Shown: positions 1 to 8,560, numbered from the stretch's first letter. The stretch: DNA of 64,000 bases from Fimbriimonadales bacterium (GCA_041744215.1 JBGTLG010000006.1:96001-160000), one strand, 5' to 3'. The notes: generated from the letters alone by a model not told the origin. Numbers and translations: made by a program.

Positions 1-181
1 TGCCAACGGAGATTTCTCCGTTGGCAGGTTCGAGGCGCCAAAGGCGATCTCGAGACGCAAGGAGCCAGTTCTCGCCGTAACGCCCGCTCGGCAAAATGTC
101 CGACTCAATCGCGACCATAACTTTTTCTCCCTCCGCCAATGGGAGGGACTTAATGAGTGAGTCGGCCAACTCGAGCGCCAT
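1..181 (-). CDS. 5' part of a CDS running off the window; possibly the N-terminal extension of an ABC transporter
   Basis: Manual translation from ATG 181: MALELADSLIKSLPLAEGEKVMVAIESDILPSGRYGENWLLASRDRLWRL..., open to the window edge. TACAAT -10 lies 10 nt upstream. The family call is by recalled resemblance only. Confidence 0.5.
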   Translation of the reverse strand, partial: MALELADSLIKSLPLAEGEKVMVAIESDILPSGRYGENWLLASRDRLWRLEPANGEISVG

Positions 182-294
182 CTTCGGTCGGATTGTACAC
201 AACCCGTGCCTCTGCGTCCCGCAATCCCAGTAACTTCGCTCGGCTGTCAGGTCACTGCTCACGGCATACAGGTGTGTGGGTGAGTGAAACAGCG

Positions 295-501
295 ATGGCG
301 CGGCGTGAACTGAGGGTAGTTAGACTAATCGAGCCAGATTTATGCGTGGAGTGTAGGTTTGCGCAGCAAGCAGACGTGGAAACCGTAGACGGCTCGTTCC
401 AAAAGATGCTTTACTGCCGCCGCCTCGATTGCGACAACTGGGACTACTCCAGCGCGGAACCGGCGGTTCACGTCGACGTTCAGTCCGACGAAGCTGCCTG
501 A
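295..501 (+). CDS. small hypothetical protein with CxxC...CxxxxC motif (putative Zn-binding)
   Basis: MARRELRVVRLIEPDLCVECRF...YCRRLDCDNWDY; ATG 295 preferred over GTG 157. Confidence 0.65.
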   Translation: MARRELRVVRLIEPDLCVECRFAQQADVETVDGSFQKMLYCRRLDCDNWDYSSAEPAVHVDVQSDEAA

Positions 502-504
502 GCC

Positions 505-531
505 GGAACAATCTCGCACCAAAACCGGTCT
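505..531 (+). promoter_or_regulatory. putative ECF sigma promoter GGAAC-N18-GTCT
   Basis: GGAAC 505-509 and GTCT 528-531; same spacing as the promoters at 8561 and 8706. Confidence 0.45.
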
Positions 532-539
532 GCGAACTG

Positions 540-659
540 AGGCCAATTCACACCTCCGAAGGCCCTTAATCGATTGCTCGCGCGTCCATCAGTCCCTCCA
601 TGCGTGAGCAAGCACACCACGCCCGCTTAGCTCAGGCTGAGCGGGCGTCCTTTCCTTTT
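540..659 (+). ncRNA. candidate sRNA with anti-SD (CCUCC) hairpin loops
   Basis: Hairpin 541-564 (loop ACACCTCC), hairpin 574-611 (12-bp stem with 2 GU pairs, loop CCATCAGTCCCTCC), terminator 619-659, and no credible ORF. Confidence 0.5.
619..659 (+). terminator. intrinsic terminator
   Basis: ACGCCCGCTTAGC-TCAG-GCTGAGCGGGCGT followed by CCTTTCCTTTT. Confidence 0.7.
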
Positions 660-705
660 GCCACCAGCTTTTGGGTAATGTTTAAGTCATTAGTTGGGTT
701 CGGCG

Positions 706-1785
706 ATGAGGATCGTCCATTTTGTTGATTCGACAGACCCGCAGGGGACGGAGCGACACCTCCTCGAAGTGGCGGAGGCGCAGGCACAGCGAGGATTCGA
801 CGTGCTTGTGGTGTGTCCGCCTGGTGGCTGGTTGCCGTCTGCCTTGGAAAGCGCCGGCCTCCGTACGGTCCAATCGCCAGTGAAGCGTCGCGATCCCATG
901 TCTCTGCTTCGAATTCGAAGCAGAATTCTCGAGTTTGCCCCGACCGTCATCCACGCTCACTCAGAGCGTGCCGCCGGCCTGGCTCCTTTCGTCACCTGGC
1001 CACGGAGAACGCCCGTCTTGGCTACCGTCCATATGCCCCGTTTTCACCCCATTTACATTCAAACAGTCAACAACGGCGGCATCGTCATCATTGTCGCTGA
1101 CATCTTGCGAAACATGCTTGTCGAAGCGGGCGTTCCGGGTGACCGAATCAGGCTCGTGCACAACAGCACCTCTATGGTGCGGGAACCTGTTCGACCAGTC
1201 GACCCTGGCAAGCGAACCGAGTTAGGTGTGCCAACTGACAGGGTTCTGTTCTCAATGGTCGCCAGGTACTGCGAGGACAAGGGCCAACTCGTGGCCGTCG
1301 CCGCGCTGGCAGGCATGGAGCCCGAGCTTCGATCTCGAATTCACTTTCTCTTCGCGGGCCCTAGCGATCCAGGGTGGGACGCTCGCGTGACGTGTGCCGT
1401 CGAAGAGGCTGGGGTGCAGGATCACGTCACGTTGTTGGGGCCACGAGCCGACGGACCCGACTTGATTCGGAACTCCGACGTACTTGTCCTCCCAAGCGCG
1501 CACGAGGCGTTCCCGATTTCCATACTTGAGGCGATGGCACTCGCGAAGCCGGTGATCGCGACCAATGTCGGAGGCGTGTGCGAAGCGCTGATGGACGGGA
1601 AGACGGGAATTGTGATTGAGAGAAACGCGGAGTCGCTAATCAGCGCGATCGATCGACTCGCATCTCGCCCTGACGAAAGGGAGAGCATGGGCCTCGCCGC
1701 GCGGCAAAGGGTTGAAAAGTACTTCTCGCCAGACGCAATGAACGACGCAATTCTATCTGCCTATCATGAGGCGGCTGGGAGATAG
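706..1785 (+). CDS. glycosyltransferase family 4 (GT-B)
   Basis: MRIVHF N-terminus; EAFPISILEAMALAKPVIATNVGG signature. Confidence 0.9.
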   Translation: MRIVHFVDSTDPQGTERHLLEVAEAQAQRGFDVLVVCPPGGWLPSALESAGLRTVQSPVKRRDPMSLLRIRSRILEFAPTVIHAHSERAAGLAPFVTWPRRTPVLATVHMPRFHPIYIQTVNNGGIVIIVADILRNMLVEAGVPGDRIRLVHNSTSMVREPVRPVDPGKRTELGVPTDRVLFSMVARYCEDKGQLVAVAALAGMEPELRSRIHFLFAGPSDPGWDARVTCAVEEAGVQDHVTLLGPRADGPDLIRNSDVLVLPSAHEAFPISILEAMALAKPVIATNVGGVCEALMDGKTGIVIERNAESLISAIDRLASRPDERESMGLAARQRVEKYFSPDAMNDAILSAYHEAAGR

Positions 1786-1795
1786 TGCGCCGTGC

Positions 1796-2344
1796 TCATC
1801 GCGATGACGGTTTGTCGCTGGAAAAACTGCCCTGAACTGTCGTGCGATCATCTTTGATGTCCACTGTTGCTTCGATCTTGTCGCCCACAATGCTCGTGAC
1901 CATCACACCACCCGGATCTGAGTCCTCGAACACCTTGATAGCTACAGTCCCTTCACTTGTGAAGATCGTAATGGCTGCAAACTTATCCTGCGGATTCATC
2001 GCGTACGTGTAGTTCCCAGGTGTCAACTCGTTGTCTCCGTCGAACAACGCGATCTGCACCTTGATATCGCCCCTTTCCCTTATCCGCTCATAAGGGTTAC
2101 CGCCATCCTTTTCTGCATCGTAGTTTCTGAGGATGATTGACTTGCCTGTCCCATACGCTTGGATCGTCTCTGCAGAAGTGAGTTCTCCGCTCCAGCCGTC
2201 GCCTGTAGCTACTACATGGGTGTTCGATGCAGGCGGCTTGACATCCGCCGGTGCCTCGGAAGCTTGGATAGGCTCTTCCGACTTGCCGCAACCTGCGACG
2301 ATCAATATGGCAAGAAGTGCCGCGATGAAGATTGAGCTTCTCAT
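1796..2344 (-). CDS. hypothetical lipoprotein
   Basis: Signal peptide with lipobox VAGC. Confidence 0.7.
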   Translation of the reverse strand: MRSSIFIAALLAILIVAGCGKSEEPIQASEAPADVKPPASNTHVVATGDGWSGELTSAETIQAYGTGKSIILRNYDAEKDGGNPYERIRERGDIKVQIALFDGDNELTPGNYTYAMNPQDKFAAITIFTSEGTVAIKVFEDSDPGGVMVTSIVGDKIEATVDIKDDRTTVQGSFSSDKPSSR

Positions 2345-2393
2345 AGTTGAATCGCACCTAAGTCTACCGAAGGAACTCCTCGGAGAGTAATCG

Positions 2394-3767
2394 GTGTATG
2401 CTTCCGCATCGATGTTCCTCGCAGCTGTCGCCCTCTTCGCAAGTCAACCCACGCTCGCCATAGAGAACCACTCTAATGGCGACGTTGTTCGTTACCCCGT
2501 AGTTCTGCTTCGCGGAAAGGCGAACCCCGATGGCGAGGTTGTAATCTCGAGCGCTACAAATAGGGGACCGGATGGCAGATACGAGACAAAATCTGTAAAC
2601 GGCAGATTCGTTGGGCTTGTCGAGTTGTTACCCGGCAGGAATCAGATCAACGTGACGTCGGGTGGGAAGCGAGAATCGCTGACAATTGAGTACGCCCCCG
2701 CCAAGTCTGAACACGTCGTCGAAGTTATCTGGCTCGTCCCAGAAGACGAACGGACGACTTATGCGTCGCCATTTCTTCGAGACCCGCAAAACTACGAAGC
2801 AAAACTCGACACCGTCGCTAAGCTGATGCAAACAATGACCGCAGAATCGCTCCACGAGCACGGCTTTGGAAGGAAAACGTTCGCGCTGAACTTGGACGAA
2901 AAAGGCCGGGTTCGGGTGCAGACGCTCGTCTTTCCACACAAGCGCAGCGAACTGGTTGCGAAAGAAGGCGGCGAGCTTTGGGGGATGATCAACAGTTGGC
3001 TCGTCTCGCGAAAGATGACCGACCTCCAGAAGAATCTCGTATTGATGAGCTTCACAGAATACGACGCTAAGGAGCGAACTGCTCGAGCGCACACAGCACT
3101 CGGCGGAGGCGCGTTAGCGTTGTTCGGCGGAGCGACTGTATGGTCATGGCCAGCGACCATTCGCGACGCGCAGTCTGTGTTCGCAGACGATACATCCATC
3201 GACCCCGCTCATGCGCTTGATGACAGTGCTGGCAGATCGACTCGCTGGGCGCTTGCCTCGACGACGATTGGCGCATGCCTGCACGAGCTTGGACACACGC
3301 TTGGCTTGCCACACACCGCAGACCCAACATGCATCATGTCTCGAGGGTTCGACCGATTCAATCGAGTTTTCACTTTAGTCGAACCGAAGTCCGCGCGCAA
3401 CTCCGAGCCGATCGTTTTCTCGGATGAGTCTCAGAACGCTCGCTGGTCTCCTTACTTTGCCGCGCAGTTGTCAGTAAGTCGATGGTTTGTTGCGGACTCA
3501 AGAACTTACGACAGTTCTAACCGACCCAAAATCAGTGTTGAGGGCGCGGAGGTAGTGATTGAATCCCCTCATGGGCTCGCGTTTGTTGGTTATCAGATCG
3601 GCGATCCTGTGACAAAGAGCCACCACGAATTGACCGTCGGCGCGCCAACCCGATTCACGATATCCACTGAGGCGCTTTCTTCGAGAGTTGGCGACTCAGG
3701 AGAACGTACGGTACTTGCGATTGACCGTCAGGGCAACACGAGTCGGCACACGATCAAGTCGGACTAA
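2394..3767 (+). CDS. secreted zinc metallopeptidase (metzincin-type, Metallopep-like)
   Basis: Signal peptide; HELGHTLGLPH (HExxHxxGxxH) and Met-turn CIMSRG. Confidence 0.8.
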   Translation: MYASASMFLAAVALFASQPTLAIENHSNGDVVRYPVVLLRGKANPDGEVVISSATNRGPDGRYETKSVNGRFVGLVELLPGRNQINVTSGGKRESLTIEYAPAKSEHVVEVIWLVPEDERTTYASPFLRDPQNYEAKLDTVAKLMQTMTAESLHEHGFGRKTFALNLDEKGRVRVQTLVFPHKRSELVAKEGGELWGMINSWLVSRKMTDLQKNLVLMSFTEYDAKERTARAHTALGGGALALFGGATVWSWPATIRDAQSVFADDTSIDPAHALDDSAGRSTRWALASTTIGACLHELGHTLGLPHTADPTCIMSRGFDRFNRVFTLVEPKSARNSEPIVFSDESQNARWSPYFAAQLSVSRWFVADSRTYDSSNRPKISVEGAEVVIESPHGLAFVGYQIGDPVTKSHHELTVGAPTRFTISTEALSSRVGDSGERTVLAIDRQGNTSRHTIKSD

Positions 3768-4321
3768 CTGTCTTCGACTCGCTTCTTGAATTGGAGCACC
3801 TCGCCATTGATGCAGAACCGCAGGTTCGTTGGCGGAGGCCCATCTCCGAACAGGTGTCCTAAGTGTCCATCGCATCGTGAACAGAGCACTTCTGCTCGCG
3901 ACATTCCGTAGGAATAGTCTGCGCGCAGCCAGATGGACTCTTTCGTCGCAGGTTGGAAGAACGACGGCCAACCGGTACCAGAATTGAATTTTGCGCCCGT
4001 TCTGAAAAGTTCTAGGTCGCAACCCACGCAATGGAAAGAACCCGCCTCTTTCACATCCGTGAGTGGGCTGCAGAACGGCGTTTCGGTTCCGTGATTGCGG
4101 AGGATCCGGTATTGCTCCGCGGTCAGCGATTCCTTCCACGCTTCGTCCGACTTGACAACCTTGTCCTCGCGCTTTGGGCTTTCATTCAGGTAGCCGTGTT
4201 TCATTTCAGGGGGTAGGGGCGGGGTCGATTGCTCACCGCCACCGCCGGTCTGGCCAGCTGAAAAGCAAGCGCAAACCATGATTGCCGCCAGAGAAGCAAT
4301 GAGTGTCCAAGCAATGGTCAT
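3764..4321 (-). CDS. msrB: peptide-methionine (R)-S-oxide reductase with N-terminal signal/anchor
   Basis: GTETPF, CVGC, SGTGWPSF, CSRCDGHLGHLFGDGP and RFCING motifs; start taken at MTIAW. Confidence 0.92.
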   Translation of the reverse strand: MTIAWTLIASLAAIMVCACFSAGQTGGGGEQSTPPLPPEMKHGYLNESPKREDKVVKSDEAWKESLTAEQYRILRNHGTETPFCSPLTDVKEAGSFHCVGCDLELFRTGAKFNSGTGWPSFFQPATKESIWLRADYSYGMSRAEVLCSRCDGHLGHLFGDGPPPTNLRFCINGEVLQFKKRVEDS

Positions 4322-4449
4322 GATCCTGTTCTCCTTGAACTCCTCGGCGTCGCGTTTGGTTCCCTTGAGGCGAGTCCTGGAGACAGGGAGTTTCGATTTT
4401 GTCACCGGGCGGTCGCTCGAGTCCGATCATCGGGCATAATCCTGCCCCC

Positions 4450-5058
4450 ATGGCAGTGGACATTATCGACGCGTGGAACGCGGGGCTCGAGGACATAAAG
4501 AAGCGGGTGACCGGTGTGGGTGTTTGGACGGCGCTCAACGTCGCGATTCCGATCACCGTTGAAGACGGGCAACTCGTCATCGGCTTCCGAACGCAAGACC
4601 AGGACCTGATCGGCCACCTGAAGATGGCCGGGACCCAGCGAATCATCGAAGAGGAGATGAGTCGTCGCCTCAAAGATAAGGTGAAAGTCTTCCTGCTTAA
4701 TGGCGTTACGATCAACGACTGGGAAGCCTACAAGAGAATCAAGGAAGAGGCGCAAAAGACCAGGTCGAAGGAAGTAGAGCGAACTCGACGGGACAACGAG
4801 GAGGCGCGACAGTGGGACGGAGTCTATGACAACCTCAGCCGAATCTACTCGTCGATCAACAATAAGAACTTGCCACAGCAGCGAGCACGGTTCATGGCGC
4901 AGGCGATTGACCTCGTTGCGCGCCAGGTGAGTTCACGCGAGTTGGACGAGTTTGGCGAGAGGAATCTCGCCCGGTGCCTTGAACGCATCAGCCAGTACAG
5001 CGAGGTGCCCGCCCCTTGGATCGCCCTCCGAATCCTCGAGAAAGCCGGGCAAATCTGA
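4450..5058 (+). CDS. hypothetical protein; N-terminus resembles the DnaA domain I / DciA KH-like fold
   Basis: Long clean ORF with CATAAT 9 nt upstream; pattern W...IK...W..L...VEDGQLVIGF...IEEEMS..L..KVKV. Confidence 0.65.
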   Translation: MAVDIIDAWNAGLEDIKKRVTGVGVWTALNVAIPITVEDGQLVIGFRTQDQDLIGHLKMAGTQRIIEEEMSRRLKDKVKVFLLNGVTINDWEAYKRIKEEAQKTRSKEVERTRRDNEEARQWDGVYDNLSRIYSSINNKNLPQQRARFMAQAIDLVARQVSSRELDEFGERNLARCLERISQYSEVPAPWIALRILEKAGQI

Positions 5059-5062
5059 CCCG

Positions 5063-5848
5063 ATGATCGAGGCCGTTGTCCTCGGTTGCGGTACAAGCCA
5101 CGGCGTTCCAGTTATTGGGTGCGGATGTGCGGTTTGCACGAGCGACAGCCCTAAGAACAACCGGACCAGGTCTGGCTTGCTGCTTGAGTCGCACTCCACT
5201 AGGATCCTGATTGATGCGCCACCAGAGTTGCGACTTCAACTCACACGCGAGAATGTCTCCCGCCTCGACGCAGTCATCATAACGCACTCTCATGCCGATC
5301 ACATCATGGGCCTCGATGACTTGCGAAGGTTCAATGAGATTTCAGGCAAACAAGTCACGCTCTTTGCCCAGCCTTCCGTCTTGGAAGATGTTCGCCGGGT
5401 CTTCCGGTATGCCTTCGATGCGAACGCTCAGAAAGGCGGTGGGCTGCCCCGGTTTGAGCTTGCGCCCATGCCAGACTGGCTAGACATTGGCGATGTTCGG
5501 GTCCAGGCGTTCGAGGTGCAGCATGGTCGGCTTCCGGTGCTTGGATTGCGCATGGGCGGCCTTGCCTACCTAACGGATGTTAGCGAGATTCCCCCTCTTG
5601 CGCGAGCTCGGCTGAACTCGTTAGACACGCTGATCGTGGACGCCACGCGGTACGCTCCTCACCCGACCCACTTCCACTTTCAGCGCGCAATCGAGGTTGC
5701 GCAAGAAGTCGGCGCTCGGCAGACATACCTGACGCATCTTTCGCACGATTACGACTACGACGCAGTCCAAGCCGACCTTCCCGAGGGGATAGCACTATCT
5801 TATGATGGGCTCCGAATTCCGATCGAAATGGCAAATTCTGATGAATGA
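5063..5848 (+). CDS. MBL-fold metallo-hydrolase (PhnP-like)
   Basis: LGCGTSHGVPVIGCGCAVC and THSHADHIMG motifs. Confidence 0.9.
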   Translation: MIEAVVLGCGTSHGVPVIGCGCAVCTSDSPKNNRTRSGLLLESHSTRILIDAPPELRLQLTRENVSRLDAVIITHSHADHIMGLDDLRRFNEISGKQVTLFAQPSVLEDVRRVFRYAFDANAQKGGGLPRFELAPMPDWLDIGDVRVQAFEVQHGRLPVLGLRMGGLAYLTDVSEIPPLARARLNSLDTLIVDATRYAPHPTHFHFQRAIEVAQEVGARQTYLTHLSHDYDYDAVQADLPEGIALSYDGLRIPIEMANSDE

Positions 5849-5862
5849 CTCTAACAATTCCC

Positions 5863-5890
5863 TAAGGAAAACCTCATAATCTGCCGTAAA
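5863..5890 (+). promoter_or_regulatory. putative sigma28 promoter TAAG-N16-GCCGTAAA
   Basis: Resembles the TAAA-N15-GCCGATAA consensus; lies upstream of the fliA operon. Confidence 0.4.
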
Positions 5891-5942
5891 TTGATACTGG
5901 AAGAGTGGCAGAGGGACTTTCACACTCCCCGTTGGCTCGGTA

Positions 5943-6227
5943 ATGGTAAGAGATGGCAACAGTGTCGCCCGACGGCGCCCGGCAGGAGGCTCAGCTTTGC
6001 CTAAGCTGATCGGTTTGCTTTGCGCCTTGATTTCGTTGGCGGCCTCCGTGCTCGGTCAAGTCGAGCCCGGAACCGCGCTCCTGAGAGCCGGGATCGCCTT
6101 CATCGCCGGGTCCCTTCTGACACAGGCTTGGTACGTTTTCATCGCGACACGCGTCACTACCGTCGATCAGCTGCCGCATTTAACCGACGATTCCGCGTCG
6201 GAAGATGAGGAGAGGAAAGCAGCATAG
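5943..6227 (+). CDS. small two-TM membrane protein
   Basis: Two hydrophobic segments and an acidic tail; directly upstream of fliA. Confidence 0.6.
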   Translation: MVRDGNSVARRRPAGGSALPKLIGLLCALISLAASVLGQVEPGTALLRAGIAFIAGSLLTQAWYVFIATRVTTVDQLPHLTDDSASEDEERKAA

Positions 6228-6243
6228 GAGAGAGGAACAGCGT

Positions 6244-7029
6244 ATGGCCCATCTTGATAAGCAACGTCTCGCCGCGCTCTGGGAACAATTCAAGGTGCAG
6301 GGGAACCAGGAAGCGCGCGCGGAGATCATTCAGAACTTCGCGCACTTAGTAAAGATCACCGCTGGGAGGGTGGTCGGTACCGTCCCGGCTGGAATGGATC
6401 GGGACGACCTCGCAAGCGCCGGCACCATTGGCCTGCTCAAGGCCGTCGATCAGTTTGATCCAGGCCGCGAGGTGAAATTTGAGACTTATGCCATCGCATT
6501 GATTCGGGGCGCGATTCTCGAGATGTTGCGGAGCGAAGATTGGGTGCCCCGCTCAGTCCGAGAAAAATTGAAGGCATTCGAGCGCACCCTGACGTCGCTG
6601 GAGGGGCAGGCCGGACGTCCCCCGACCGAAGCGGAAATCGCCGCGGCGATGGGGATATCGGAGGAAGATCTCCGCGAGATCATGCAGCAAGCTGGGCGTA
6701 CCGGCGTACTATCTCTGGAGGGCGCTACCTCAGGCGGCGAAGGCGAAGAACACTCTCACTTCATCGATCTTCTGGTAGACGAGAATGCATCCCCCGAAGC
6801 CGAGGCGGAAGGCCGCGAACTGCGACGCATCCTCAGTTCGGGCGTGGATCGGCTGCCGGACCGCGAAAGGCTCGTTGTCGCGCTCTACTACTATGAAGGG
6901 CTCACTTTCAAGGAGATTGGTCAAGTTCTGAGCGTCTCCGAAAGCCGAGTCTATCAACTCCACACACAAGCGATGACCCGAATTCGAACCCATATGCAAG
7001 CCCAGGGAGGCATTTACGCTGCCTATTAG
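6244..7029 (+). CDS. fliA: FliA/WhiG family RNA polymerase sigma factor (sigma28)
   Basis: DDLASAGTIGLLKAVDQFDP, FETYA..IRGAI, DWVPRSVR and LTFKEIGQVLSVSESRVYQLH motifs; SD AGGAGAGAGG. Confidence 0.92.
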   Translation: MAHLDKQRLAALWEQFKVQGNQEARAEIIQNFAHLVKITAGRVVGTVPAGMDRDDLASAGTIGLLKAVDQFDPGREVKFETYAIALIRGAILEMLRSEDWVPRSVREKLKAFERTLTSLEGQAGRPPTEAEIAAAMGISEEDLREIMQQAGRTGVLSLEGATSGGEGEEHSHFIDLLVDENASPEAEAEGRELRRILSSGVDRLPDRERLVVALYYYEGLTFKEIGQVLSVSESRVYQLHTQAMTRIRTHMQAQGGIYAAY

Positions 7030-7044
7030 GCAAGGAGGGTGCCC

Positions 7045-7275
7045 ATGCCCTTTGGCCCAGACATTGAACGAATCAGCCCCTATCACAGCATCAACCCGAG
7101 GGTAAACGCTGCCGACTCCCAGCAGGAGAGGAAGGGCAAGCGCGACCGGAAGCAATCCCCGGACGAGCCCGAAGACGTCTTGGACCTTCATGAGGAAGAA
7201 GAAGGCGATGCGGCGGGTCAGGACGACGTGAAGGTGTACGGAGCCGAGGACGACCATTTAGATCTGTCCGCGTAA
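7045..7275 (+). CDS. small acidic hypothetical protein ending HLDLSA
   Basis: SD AAGGAGG; follows fliA closely. Confidence 0.6.
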   Translation: MPFGPDIERISPYHSINPRVNAADSQQERKGKRDRKQSPDEPEDVLDLHEEEEGDAAGQDDVKVYGAEDDHLDLSA

Positions 7276-7282
7276 CTCCGCC

Positions 7283-7298
7283 TTGGCATGCTTCTTGC
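7283..7298 (+). promoter_or_regulatory. putative sigma54 -24/-12 promoter
   Basis: TTGGCATGCTTCTTGC: GG 7285-86 and GC 7297-98 with exactly 10 nt between. Confidence 0.6.
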
Positions 7299-7395
7299 GA
7301 CCCATCTTCACTGAGCGGCGGGACGCAGCCCCGCAAGTCGGCGTCATAACGTGGGGGGTATCCTCAGCCCCGAATTCCAACGGAGATTTATCAAA

Positions 7396-8493
7396 TTGAT
7401 CAACCTGAATCGATTCATTCCTGCAGTTATCTGTGCGGCGGCCACCGCCGCGATGGCTGGATGTGGCGGCGCAAAGGCGAGCGGCAGCTCGTCAATCGCG
7501 ACCTTCAACGAAGCCCCAATTTCTCGCGAAGACTACAACAAGCGCCTCGAGACGATGCAAGTCGTTCGCGTTGTTGATGGTAACGGAAACGTAGTTCAGG
7601 CGCGGGTTGCAGAGCCGATGAGCAGCCAAGCGCTTCAGATGCTGATGATTGAGCAGGCCATCATTCAGGCCGCGCGAGACGAGAAGGTCTTGCCCTCGTC
7701 AGACGACATCGAGAAGGAGCGTAAATTCCGCGAAGAGCTGCAACAAGGCTACGTCAACGAATTGAAAAAGATGGGCCTGAGCATGGCGGACATCGATCGG
7801 CAAATCATGCTGGAACTGGCTCAGGAGAGGTTGACGACACGAGGCGTTCCCGAGAAGACGATGGACGATGTCGACAAGTACATCACCGACAACCCCAACA
7901 TCACTCGAGTCCCCGCTACGGCGACATTCAGAGTCATAGTTGTCGAATCCGCAGCCGAGCAGCAGGCAGTTGATGCGGATCTCCGCGGAGGGCTGCCCTT
8001 CGGTTCTGTCGCTTCGATGCGGAGCAAAATGCCGAACGCAAGGATGAACAATGGTTCTTTCCCCGACAACTCTGCTCAGCCGAGACCCATGGCAGTCCAA
8101 GGCCTGCGGCCCGAAATGCAAAAGGCACTAAACGAAACCGCCGAAGGGAAGATCAGCGAGTGGGTCGTCGTTGACCAGCAGCGGATAAAGATCTTTGTCG
8201 AGGCGAAGGCACCGGAAACCAAGACCACCCTTAGCAACGCACAGAAGGAAAGATTGCGCCGCGAGCTGATGGCGCGAGAAGGCCAAGTCCAGAACGACGT
8301 TCAAAAGCTCATCGTCGAAAAACTCTCCAAGGCGGACGTAAAGGTGAACATCAACTACCTTCGCCAAGCGTGGGAGACTTTCCAGACGGCAGTGAAGGAG
8401 AGATCTGCGGATATCCTCGGCACTCCAAGCTCTGAGACTCCGACCCCCGCGCCTGCGACTGGCGGACCTGCTGCAGAGCCGTCGGACGAGTAG
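7396..8493 (+). CDS. PrsA/SurA-like foldase lipoprotein
   Basis: Lipobox MAGC, SurA-N-like helical region and parvulin-like region (FGSVA..S, EGKISEWV); TTG start after GGAG. Confidence 0.75.
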   Translation: MINLNRFIPAVICAAATAAMAGCGGAKASGSSSIATFNEAPISREDYNKRLETMQVVRVVDGNGNVVQARVAEPMSSQALQMLMIEQAIIQAARDEKVLPSSDDIEKERKFREELQQGYVNELKKMGLSMADIDRQIMLELAQERLTTRGVPEKTMDDVDKYITDNPNITRVPATATFRVIVVESAAEQQAVDADLRGGLPFGSVASMRSKMPNARMNNGSFPDNSAQPRPMAVQGLRPEMQKALNETAEGKISEWVVVDQQRIKIFVEAKAPETKTTLSNAQKERLRRELMAREGQVQNDVQKLIVEKLSKADVKVNINYLRQAWETFQTAVKERSADILGTPSSETPTPAPATGGPAAEPSDE

Positions 8494-8515
8494 ATAACAC
8501 CGGATATCGATTGAA

Positions 8516-8551
8516 GAGCCCCGGGTGGACGCCGCCCGGGGCTCGGTTCTT
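8516..8551 (+). terminator. GC-rich hairpin, probable terminator
   Basis: GAGCCCCGGGTGG-ACG-CCGCCCGGGGCTC followed by GGTTCTT. Confidence 0.6.
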
Positions 8552-8560
8552 GGGCGAGCC

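Noticed and set aside
1-26. Perfect 12-bp inverted repeat TGCCAACGGAGA/TCTCCGTTGGCA as REP or terminator
   Set aside because: It lies inside a plausible minus-strand CDS at the window edge, has no U-tract, and I saw no second copy.
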